Shown: positions 37,449-44,913 of the stretch, in pieces
How positions within the stretch are numbered: position 1 is the first letter of the stretch
Layout: the number at the start of each line of letters is the position of its first letter
Assembly: GCA_964570595.1 (NCBI GenBank)
Contig: CAZMZL010000001.1
Coordinates: 33,653 to 79,986 of the forward strand
From: an uncultured Anaerolineaceae bacterium
GTDB taxonomy: Bacteria; Chloroflexota; Anaerolineae; Anaerolineales; E44-bin32
Length of the DNA stretch: 46,334 nucleotides
Reading direction: 5' to 3'
Translations under genes and position numbers: made by a program
Notes under the pieces: generated by a model
Database searches by the model: none
What the model was told of the DNA's origin: nothing
The model's input: the letters and a program-made list of their open reading frames with translations, nothing else

Positions 37449-38552
37449 ATGCCCGATCCAGTAGAAGTTCTTGTGCCACTTTTGAACCCGAATGAGCCCG
37501 AGGTCCAGGTGAGCGCCCTTCATGTTGAGGAGGGTCAGCGGGTGAAGGAGGGAGAGGTACTTTGCACGGTTGAGACCACGAAATCTACAGCAGAAGTCAT
37601 GGCCGAACAAGCCGGGTATGTCCTCGGGCTTGAGATATCCACGGGTGATCATATTCGAGCGGGCGCACGGCTGTGCTGGTTGGGACATGAGCCTGATTGG
37701 GAGCCACCCGAGCCCCCGGTTCAGATCGAACCTGAGAGAGGGGGAACCCCCCCGGAGGGGCTCCGCATTTCGCAGCCTGCGCTCGAACTTGCGCGCGAGC
37801 TGGGGCTTGATCTTGCCGATCTGCCGGTTGGACCTCTGGTTACGGAAGCGATGATTCAAAGAGCACAAACGAGCGAAGGAGGCGGTGCGTTGAGCGTACT
37901 TGAACAGGATTTTAACCCTCACTCGGTCATCATCTATGGCGGCGGCGGACATGGAAAAGCGGTCATCGATCTTGTTCGCTCACTTGGAACCTTCGAGATC
38001 GTCGGGGTCATTGATGATGGGATAGGCAAAGGCGAGCATGTCATGGATCTCCCCATATTGGGATCGAAAGATGACCTGACCGGCTTGCGCGAAAACGGTA
38101 TTCGTCTTGCCCTCAACGCCGTTGGGGGAGTGGGGGATGTTCACAGTCGTGTGGAGGTGTTCCGCAGATTGGCCCAGGCAGGATTCGCCTTTCCAAATCT
38201 CATCCATCCGACGGCATTTGTGGAACCGAGCGTGAAGCTCGATTCTGGTGTGCAAGTATTCCCACATGCATATGTCGGCAGCGACTCCACTGTCGGATTC
38301 GGTTGCATTGTCAATACAGCGGCTGTCGTTTCACATGATTGTACGCTGAGTTCCTATGTCAATGTGGCCCCGGGCGCCTTGCTCGCTGGCGGGGTGACGA
38401 TTGGTGAAGGGGTGCTGGTTGGGATGGGAGCAACGCTGAATCTTCATTTGAATGTAGGTCCGAATGCCCGCATTGGGAACAGCGCTGTGATTAAGGATGA
38501 TGTGCCGGCGGGTCAGATTGTCCGTGCCGGAAGTGTCTGGCCTGAAAGTTAA
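37449..38552 (+). CDS. Fusion protein: lipoyl/biotinyl-type carrier domain + peripheral-subunit (E1/E3)-binding domain + NeuD/PglD-family hexapeptide sugar acyltransferase
   Basis: Lipoyl-like domain about 37461-37685 with VETTKS (Lys codon 37581-37583). Pro-rich linker. PSBD-like ISQPALELARELGLDLADL about 37758-37865. NeuD/PglD N-domain VIIYGGGGHGKAVIDL plus LbH repeats with VVSHDC (His) about 37923-38549. The alternative ATG 37416 lacks an SD. Confidence 0.8.
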   Translation: MPDPVEVLVPLLNPNEPEVQVSALHVEEGQRVKEGEVLCTVETTKSTAEVMAEQAGYVLGLEISTGDHIRAGARLCWLGHEPDWEPPEPPVQIEPERGGTPPEGLRISQPALELARELGLDLADLPVGPLVTEAMIQRAQTSEGGGALSVLEQDFNPHSVIIYGGGGHGKAVIDLVRSLGTFEIVGVIDDGIGKGEHVMDLPILGSKDDLTGLRENGIRLALNAVGGVGDVHSRVEVFRRLAQAGFAFPNLIHPTAFVEPSVKLDSGVQVFPHAYVGSDSTVGFGCIVNTAAVVSHDCTLSSYVNVAPGALLAGGVTIGEGVLVGMGATLNLHLNVGPNARIGNSAVIKDDVPAGQIVRAGSVWPES

Positions 38553-38585
38553 GGGGCATCTAGTTGAGAGAAAATGGAGTGAGAG

Positions 38586-39785
38586 TTGACGACCAAGCGT
38601 AAACTTGAAATTCCCATGTCTGCGCCCGATATTACGGATAGGGAGCGTAATGCGGTCCTGGACGTTCTGCGGACGGATCGACTGAGCATGGGGCCGAATA
38701 TTGCGGCGTTTGAGGTTGCAGCGGCTTCGCTGGTTGGCGTCAAACATGGTATTGCAGTGAGTTCAGGAACTGCGGGGCTGCATCTTTGTATCCGGGCTGC
38801 AGGTGTCCGTGATGCGGACTGGGTGATCACGACACCATTCTCCTTTGTCGCCACCGGAAACGTGATGCTTTACGAGCGGGCATACCCGATATTTGTGGAT
38901 GTGGATCCGGTGAGCGGCAATCTCGATGTCGACCTCGTGAAGAAGGCCGCAGTCGATCTGGTCCAGGGCGGCGCTTCGGTCGAGCGCTGGATGCCGCGAA
39001 AGGGTATTCGCGGGGAGGGGAAATTAAAAGCCCTCATCCCCGTGGATGTTTTTGGTCAACCCGCAGACTACGACGCCCTGCAGGAGATTACCGACACTCA
39101 TAATCTTGTCCTCGTTGAGGATTCATGCGAGGCCATCGGCGCGGAGTTCAATGGAAGGAAGGCGGGTTCGTTTGGAGACGCAGGTATTTTCGCCTTCTAT
39201 CCTAACAAACAGATGACGACGGGCGAGGGCGGGGTCATCGTCACCGATCGAGACGATTGGGCGGGAAAAATTCGTGCTCTCCGGAATCAAGGGCGCGCAC
39301 CCGGAGATACCTGGTTGGACCATGCATTCCTGGGGTACAACTATCGCATGGATGAAATGAGCGCTGCTTTGGGAAGGGTTCAGTTGACCCGGCTGGATGA
39401 ACTGGTCGAAAAGCGTGCGATCGTGGCATCCTTATATGCAGAAGGTCTCAAAGGAATGGGAGGCGTCGAAACGCCGGTTTTGCTCCCGTCCACCAGCCGT
39501 ATGAGTTGGTTTGTTTATGTCATCCGTTTACATCACGAGATCGATCGAGCGATGGTGATCCATCAATTGCGTGATCAGGGAATTCCTTCTCGTCCATATT
39601 TCTCGCCGATCCATCTGCAGCCATTCTACAAAGAACAGTTCGGGTATCGGGAAGGTGATTTTCCCGTCGCAGAAGATCTTGGAAGACGAAGTCTTTCCAT
39701 TCCATTCTCAGGAGTCATGAGCCAGAACCAGGTTGAGTATGTTTGCGAAACGTTAAGAGCGGTTCTGGCGAATACAGCGTATTAA
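38586..39785 (+). CDS. DegT/DnrJ/EryC1/StrS-family PLP-dependent nucleotide-sugar aminotransferase
   Basis: IPMSAPDITDRE, GIAVSSGTAGLHL, FSFVAT, DSCEAIGA, FAFYPNKQMTTGEGG (PLP Lys). TTG start with GGAG 6 nt upstream. Confidence 0.85.
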   Translation: MTTKRKLEIPMSAPDITDRERNAVLDVLRTDRLSMGPNIAAFEVAAASLVGVKHGIAVSSGTAGLHLCIRAAGVRDADWVITTPFSFVATGNVMLYERAYPIFVDVDPVSGNLDVDLVKKAAVDLVQGGASVERWMPRKGIRGEGKLKALIPVDVFGQPADYDALQEITDTHNLVLVEDSCEAIGAEFNGRKAGSFGDAGIFAFYPNKQMTTGEGGVIVTDRDDWAGKIRALRNQGRAPGDTWLDHAFLGYNYRMDEMSAALGRVQLTRLDELVEKRAIVASLYAEGLKGMGGVETPVLLPSTSRMSWFVYVIRLHHEIDRAMVIHQLRDQGIPSRPYFSPIHLQPFYKEQFGYREGDFPVAEDLGRRSLSIPFSGVMSQNQVEYVCETLRAVLANTAY

Positions 39786-40110
39786 AATGTGGATTTGACC
39801 GTGAGTGGTTCTGGCCTGGATGGGCAGGAAATCGGATAAGACGATACCAGGGCCCGTGCTCTCGATAATGCATGAATCCCCCCTCACCCCAACCGCTCTC
39901 CCTGAAAAGGGGAGGGGCTTTAATGCACCATTCCATAATGGCTGGAATTTCACGTCAATACCTGGGCAGGGTAATCCAGGTTGAATATGTCGAGACCGGG
40001 GGGCTCGTTCTGCCAGGGCAGGCGCTATAGCCTCGTACCTGGACGATGGGTCCTCCCGGGCGAGGATTCGGATCGATGGTTTTCTTGATCAATGTCCTCC
40101 GGAGACGGTG

Positions 40111-41265
40111 TCAACTGCCTCGTTCCCCCTCAACGTAGGCATCGTACATCTCGGGCAGTGTCTTCCACTCAACCTGCCCGCTTTTTACATAGGGGTCGAT
40201 ACGCTGCAGCCAGGCTTCGAGCATGTCGACATCGAGCGATCCACCCAGACTCCAACTGTTGTAGTAGATATTCACCTGGTCAGGCTGAGCCAGCTCGATC
40301 GCCATGTCCAGTTCGTCCTCGAAAAAATCGATGTCTTCGATGGTGAACGTGCAGCCTTCAGCCATCACGCCCTCCTGTAACTCCTCCGCCAAGCACTGCA
40401 GCCCCTGGCTGGAGCTTAAGATCACCAACCTGCCATCGGGATCGTGAGTCAGCCAATCCGCGCCGTCGGATGTGCGCCAGGGATGCAGCCGATCGGCGAG
40501 ATCGGGGGGGAAGGTATCGTGGCATTTGCTCGGGGTTGTGCAATCACGGAACTCGGGTGGTCGATTCTCACTGGGCATCGACATCACGCTGTAGGCAACC
40601 TGGCCGGTCGCGAATTGATAACCCCCTTCGATCGTCGCTTGAACCCAATCGCAGTGTGAGGTGTTGCCGGAGACATGACGCACGGTGACCCCAAGCGTTT
40701 CAAGCTGCACGCGCTCGCGTCGCAGGTCCGCTGCAAAACGGTCGCAGTCATACGATAGCTGACCGCCGATATCGGCATGGACGCCGATCCCATGCCCGCG
40801 TTGTTCCATCTCGAGAAGCACGTTATCGCCCCACTGGATGACGCCCTCGGTGACCTCCTTGCTTTCAAGGGTTAGCTTGGCGCCATAGCGTTCAAAGAGG
40901 TCGGCGTACTCGCGGATCAGGCTCACATGCTTTTCAAACTTCGCCTGATCCACACCGTCCTGCCACCCCTCCAGGTGCACCATGATGCCCAGGTAGACGA
41001 CGGGGTCGGCGTTGGAGGCGGGCGGAGCGCTCGCCGACAACTCCTGAACGGGCGTGGGCGTCGCCTTGTTCGGCGTCGCGCAATCCTGCGGGCAATTGTT
41101 TGGGTTTTCAGGACGCTTGCAGACACCGTCACCACAGGACTTCAAAGGCGCGCTCCGGATATCCGGTGACGGCTCTTGAGATCCGAACAAGGGCAGATTG
41201 CAGGCGGTCATGGACAGGATGATGAGGGCGATCAATGCAGCGTATCGGAAGGTCCCGGGCATCAT
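40111..41265 (-). CDS. Lipoprotein with Cys-rich N-terminal module and an unassigned catalytic-looking domain
   Basis: Lipobox SMTAC, then CGDGVCKRPENPNNCPQDC. The about 280-aa C-terminal domain (VHLEGW..., HGIGVHADIGG) is possibly of a deacetylase/hydrolase-like fold, which is speculative. Confidence 0.55.
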   Translation of the reverse strand: MMPGTFRYAALIALIILSMTACNLPLFGSQEPSPDIRSAPLKSCGDGVCKRPENPNNCPQDCATPNKATPTPVQELSASAPPASNADPVVYLGIMVHLEGWQDGVDQAKFEKHVSLIREYADLFERYGAKLTLESKEVTEGVIQWGDNVLLEMEQRGHGIGVHADIGGQLSYDCDRFAADLRRERVQLETLGVTVRHVSGNTSHCDWVQATIEGGYQFATGQVAYSVMSMPSENRPPEFRDCTTPSKCHDTFPPDLADRLHPWRTSDGADWLTHDPDGRLVILSSSQGLQCLAEELQEGVMAEGCTFTIEDIDFFEDELDMAIELAQPDQVNIYYNSWSLGGSLDVDMLEAWLQRIDPYVKSGQVEWKTLPEMYDAYVEGERGS

Positions 41266-41483
41266 GGCATCCTTGGGGAACGGCTTCGCGCGTTTCAGCG
41301 CAATCTTACTTCAAAGCCCGATTGTGGATCGATAGGAGAAGAGTACATTGGGAAGCGGAAAAGCACACTCCTGTTATTGCAAGAAGCAGGGCGGCAATGC
41401 GACCCCGTCGCCTCTCAGAAATAGCTGCGGGGGATCTCGTCGACCACCCGGGGAGCAATCCGCATCAACCCCGGCTACCTTAC

Positions 41484-41515
41484 GGTGAAAAGAAGGGGGA
41501 AGACGCGTTCCCCCC
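41484..41515 (-). terminator. Orphan rho-independent terminator on the minus strand
   Basis: The reverse strand reads GGGGGAA-CGCGTC-TTCCCCC followed by TTCTTTTCA. No annotated minus-strand gene lies upstream of it. Confidence 0.5.
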
Positions 41516-41854
41516 ACACCGATCGAGCCGAGCGGCGAGGGTCACATCTCTGGAACCGAGCTCTTTGGGGATCCCTCCAGACGCCGGTGAGGTAGGAATA
41601 TTTCTGCGCCTGGATGGCGATTCAACTGGGGGCCGTCTATGGCGGATCGTCCCTGGCCTCTTGTGGGCGTTGGAGATCCCATTTGTGGCACCCCACTGCG
41701 CTGGCCCTTCTTACAGGTACCGGTGCGAGTTTAACCCAGCCCTGCAATCACATGACACTCCAGCTCAGGATGCGGTATATTCGTACGCATCCAAACACGA
41801 CCAGGCGCGCAGTTGACCCCTCGGTCTCCGGAGAATTTAGTGTAGAAGTGAGGC

Positions 41855-42811
41855 ATGATGCGTCCAATTTGTCCTTCAGAGATCACACCCGAGGGCATTT
41901 ACCAGTCCCGACGGCAGTTCTTGAAGAGCGCTGGCATTCTGGCGGGTGGAGGTCTTTTGTTAGCAGCGTGCGGCGGCAAAGCACCCGCGACCATCCCCGC
42001 GCCCACGGAAACACTGTTTGGGCCAAGCCCGACCCTCACTGGCGGCATGGATGAGTTGGGCGACCCGCTTACGCCCTATGCCGATGTCACCGGGTTCAAC
42101 AACTTCTATGAGTTCTCGCTCAGCAAAACTGCGGTCGCGGATCTGGCACGTGATTTCGAGACATCTCCATGGGAAGTTCGGGTCGGTGGCTTGGTGAATA
42201 AACCCCGAACGTTCGATTTCGACGACCTGATGCGCTTCACGCAGGAGGAGCGCGTCTACCGACTGCGCTGCGTCGAGACCTGGTCGATGGTCGTCCCCTG
42301 GACCGGATTCCCCCTGGCTGCCCTGCTTCGTGAAGTCGAGCCCACATCCAATGCCGTTTATGTGCGTTTCGAGACGTTGAGTGACCCCGAGCGAATGCCC
42401 GGGTTGAGCAATGGAGGCTTCCCCTGGCCGTACGTGGAGGGGCTGCGCCTCGACGAAGCCATGAACGATCTGAGCATCCTGGCCACAGGCTTATATGGAA
42501 AGCCGTTGCCCCCCCAGAACGGCGCGCCCGTTCGCCTGGTCGTGCCCTGGAAGTACGGCTTCAAGAGCCTCAAATCCATCGTCCGAATTGATCTGGTCGC
42601 CGAGCAACCGACCAGCCTTTGGTCTGCTGTCGCTCCGGATGAGTATGGCTTCTTCGCCAATGTAAACCCTGATGTCCCCCACCCGCGTTGGTCACAGGCC
42701 CAGGAAGGCCGCTTCGGCGAATCCAGCCGTCGCGACACGTTGCTCTTCAACGGCTATGTAGAAGAGGTCGGGCAGCTTTACGCCGGGATGAATTTGGAGG
42801 CGAATTTCTGA
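41855..42811 (+). CDS. msrP: Molybdopterin-dependent protein-methionine-sulfoxide reductase catalytic subunit (YedY/MsrP family)
   Basis: Tat motif SRRQFLKSAG with lipobox LLAACGG. Core motifs FYEF, RLRCVE.WS, NGAP.RL..P.KYG.KS.K. Confidence 0.85.
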   Translation: MMRPICPSEITPEGIYQSRRQFLKSAGILAGGGLLLAACGGKAPATIPAPTETLFGPSPTLTGGMDELGDPLTPYADVTGFNNFYEFSLSKTAVADLARDFETSPWEVRVGGLVNKPRTFDFDDLMRFTQEERVYRLRCVETWSMVVPWTGFPLAALLREVEPTSNAVYVRFETLSDPERMPGLSNGGFPWPYVEGLRLDEAMNDLSILATGLYGKPLPPQNGAPVRLVVPWKYGFKSLKSIVRIDLVAEQPTSLWSAVAPDEYGFFANVNPDVPHPRWSQAQEGRFGESSRRDTLLFNGYVEEVGQLYAGMNLEANF

Positions 42812-43055
42812 GTCCGCGTTAATGATTTTCGGCTACGCTCCTGTACCTGTGGAGAAAAGACAACACACGCATCCATCAGGTGGAGAAGCGTACGCTTGTT
42901 GGAACCTATTCAAACCACGGCCTGACCCAGTTGATTCCGCGTCATCCTTCAGGAAAATGATCGCGGGTCCAACTGATAAGCTTTGACATGATGCGGAATT
43001 CAGAAAGATTCCATATGGATCGCAGGCCCCGCCTGCGCCTAAATGACCGAACGTT

Positions 43056-43091
43056 AAAACTCCCGCAGGTTGAAAACCTGCGGGAGTTTTT
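43056..43091. terminator. Bidirectional rho-independent terminator between convergent genes
   Basis: Perfect 16-bp stem AAAACTCCCGCAGGTT-GAAA-AACCTGCGGGAGTTTT with A/T runs on both sides. Confidence 0.8.
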
Positions 43092-43209
43092 GAAAAGCCG
43101 GGGCCGCGGTGGCGGCAGGCCGATGTGCCCTAACGGTTTCCTGCTATAGCAGGAATGGGCAGCGTTAAACGGCCTGGTTGCGCCCATCATTTGGAAGGTA
43201 ATCAAATGA

Positions 43210-43923
43210 TTAGGGCTCTCGCACTTGACGCCAGTTGATCATGACAAAATTCTCGTCACACTGCTCGGATGTGGAGAAAACAACAACGTCAGAAAGCGGA
43301 ACGCCGCCCCCATCGTTGAGCTGTATCCAGAGAGAATCATTGCTCGCAATGGGGTGATCGGCGAGGTTGAATACATATCCGGAAGGACCAATATCCGGTT
43401 CGCTGCCCGTAATCGTATCGAGCGATAGCGGGATTCCGTCCAGTTCGCCCTCGAGATGCAACCCAAGCTTGGTGATGGGCTCGTTCTGCAGGCTGAACAC
43501 CTGCCCTCCCACCCCCATCCATTCACAACCAAGATCATTGGCAATATTTGGGATTCGAACGGGGTTGCCGGGTTGAAGTGCGAATGGGGGCACGGGTTCG
43601 GTCGGCGTAGGTGTGCCGGTCGGCGGTGGTGTTGAGGTCGGCGTAGGGGTATAGGTCGGCGGTGGTGTAAACGTTGCCGTAGGCGTCCATGTTCCTGGAA
43701 GTGGCTGAGCCGGTGTGCTCGTCGCCGTAGGGGTGCCCAGCGCGGCAGGCAATGTCGGCGGCGGAAACGGATTAAAAGAAACATTTGGGTTCATGAAAGC
43801 AGCCGCAAACGCTCCGATGACCACGACGATCGCGATCAGGACGATGAATGTCAACAAGTTGAAAACCAGCCGGCTTAACCTGCCAGTCCGTTTCCGTGGG
43901 GTGACTTCAAACTGATCTTCCAT
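43210..43923 (-). CDS. Membrane-anchored protein with Pro/Thr linker, unknown function
   Basis: N-terminal TM helix (LVFNLLTFIVLIAIVVVIGAFAAAF), an about 50-aa PT-rich linker and a C-terminal about 120-aa beta-rich domain. Confidence 0.6.
   Translation of the reverse strand: MEDQFEVTPRKRTGRLSRLVFNLLTFIVLIAIVVVIGAFAAAFMNPNVSFNPFPPPTLPAALGTPTATSTPAQPLPGTWTPTATFTPPPTYTPTPTSTPPPTGTPTPTEPVPPFALQPGNPVRIPNIANDLGCEWMGVGGQVFSLQNEPITKLGLHLEGELDGIPLSLDTITGSEPDIGPSGYVFNLADHPIASNDSLWIQLNDGGGVPLSDVVVFSTSEQCDENFVMINWRQVREP
43600..43671 (-). repeat. In-frame tandem duplication (2 x 36 nt, each built from two 18-nt subunits) encoding PT-linker
   Basis: GGTCGGCGTAGGTGTGCC GGTCGGCGGTGGTGTTGA / GGTCGGCGTAGGGGTATA GGTCGGCGGTGGTGTAAA on the plus strand. 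Confidence 0.7.
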
Positions 43924-43947
43924 GGCCTTTTATCTCCTGCCCCTAGA

Positions 43948-44913
43948 TCAGGGATCGATAAAAATCTGTACTTCCGCCAGTTCTCGTCGCGCTTCGATCC
44001 AGTCCACAACGGTTCTCTCACGCAGAGCCACCAGCGCATCAAAGGAGAGCGCTCTTTCTTCTCGCTCGACAGTGGAGACAAGATGGAACCCAAGCTGAGT
44101 CTCCACGATGTCGCTGATCTCCCCCGGAGGCGTGGAAAATGCGGCCGCAGTGATTTCGGGAAATAACAAATAGCCTTCAGGGAACCAACCAAGATCACCG
44201 CCGGCGGGACGGGTACCGGTATCGAGGCTGTAATCCTCGGCCAGTCCCTCAAAGGGTTCTCCGGCATCGATCTGTGCTCTGAGCCATTCCGCTTCTTCGC
44301 GAGAGGCGACCACGATATGTCGTGCGTGTACCTGGTCGATTTTCTCGGGAATTTGTGCCGTAATTATTTCAATCATCTGGCTTGCCATCAGCTCGAGCGT
44401 CAAGGATCGGCGGAAAGATTCGATTGAATGTTGGTTTTGCGCTAACCAGGCATCCAGCGATTCCCCTTCTCCGAACTGATCGACGATTTGTTGGATTTTT
44501 AAGTCCAACGCGTCATCATCGATCACGATGCCTTCTTCTTGAGCTCCAATTGCCAGCAGTCTCTGGTCAATTAAGCTCTGGAGAATCTGCTCCCCGTAAT
44601 CCGGGATTGTTGCAAGGTCGATGCCAGAGCGCATTTGTGCCGCTTCGAAACGGTGGACCTCATCTTCAAAGTCGGCAAGAAAAATGGGTTTCCCCTCCAC
44701 CATGGCGGCCAATGGAATCGCGGTTTCTGTGGGAGGCGCCATCGTCGCGGTCGGTGGGGCTGTCGATTGTATTTGATTCGGAGCATTGCAGCCCACGAGA
44801 ACAGCCGCACCGATGAAGACCACCAAGAGTGTCCGGTTGAAACCCATGACTGTTGGGATTATACACACTGGCTTTTTCGGTGCAATGGACGGATTGGATG
44901 ATCTTCTGGCCAT
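43948..44913 (-). CDS. Parvulin-type peptidyl-prolyl cis-trans isomerase (PrsA/SurA-like), probable lipoprotein
   Basis: Rotamase domain HARHIVV...GGDLGWF...GFHLV. Lipobox LVGC. The start may be ATG 44847 instead; ATG 44913 abuts the RNase J stop (TAAATG). Confidence 0.8.
   Translation of the reverse strand: MARRSSNPSIAPKKPVCIIPTVMGFNRTLLVVFIGAAVLVGCNAPNQIQSTAPPTATMAPPTETAIPLAAMVEGKPIFLADFEDEVHRFEAAQMRSGIDLATIPDYGEQILQSLIDQRLLAIGAQEEGIVIDDDALDLKIQQIVDQFGEGESLDAWLAQNQHSIESFRRSLTLELMASQMIEIITAQIPEKIDQVHARHIVVASREEAEWLRAQIDAGEPFEGLAEDYSLDTGTRPAGGDLGWFPEGYLLFPEITAAAFSTPPGEISDIVETQLGFHLVSTVEREERALSFDALVALRERTVVDWIEARRELAEVQIFIDP

Noticed and set aside
39860-39925. CCCCTCACCCC...GGGGAGGGG imperfect inverted repeat after the DegT gene
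   Set aside because: It could be a terminator or REP-like element, but the stem is interrupted, the loop is about 20 nt and there is no U-tract. Only one copy occurs in the window, so I call neither a repeat family nor a terminator.
41455-41480. AUCAACCCCGGCUACC resembling the RNase P CR-IV/V ACAGAACCCGGCUUA
   Set aside because: The universally conserved GGAAAGUCC (CR-I) is absent from every intergenic region of the window on both strands, and there is too little upstream non-coding space.
41235-41816. 193-aa plus-strand ORF filling the gap before msrP
   Set aside because: The composition is Arg/Pro/Ser/Gly-rich, there is no SD, and it overlaps the start of the minus-strand lipoprotein gene. 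I treat the region as non-coding (see finding).
42942-43205. 87-aa minus-strand ORF between msrP and the PT-linker gene
   Set aside because: It spans the bidirectional terminator (43056-43091), has an Arg/Ser/Phe-rich low-complexity translation and has no SD.
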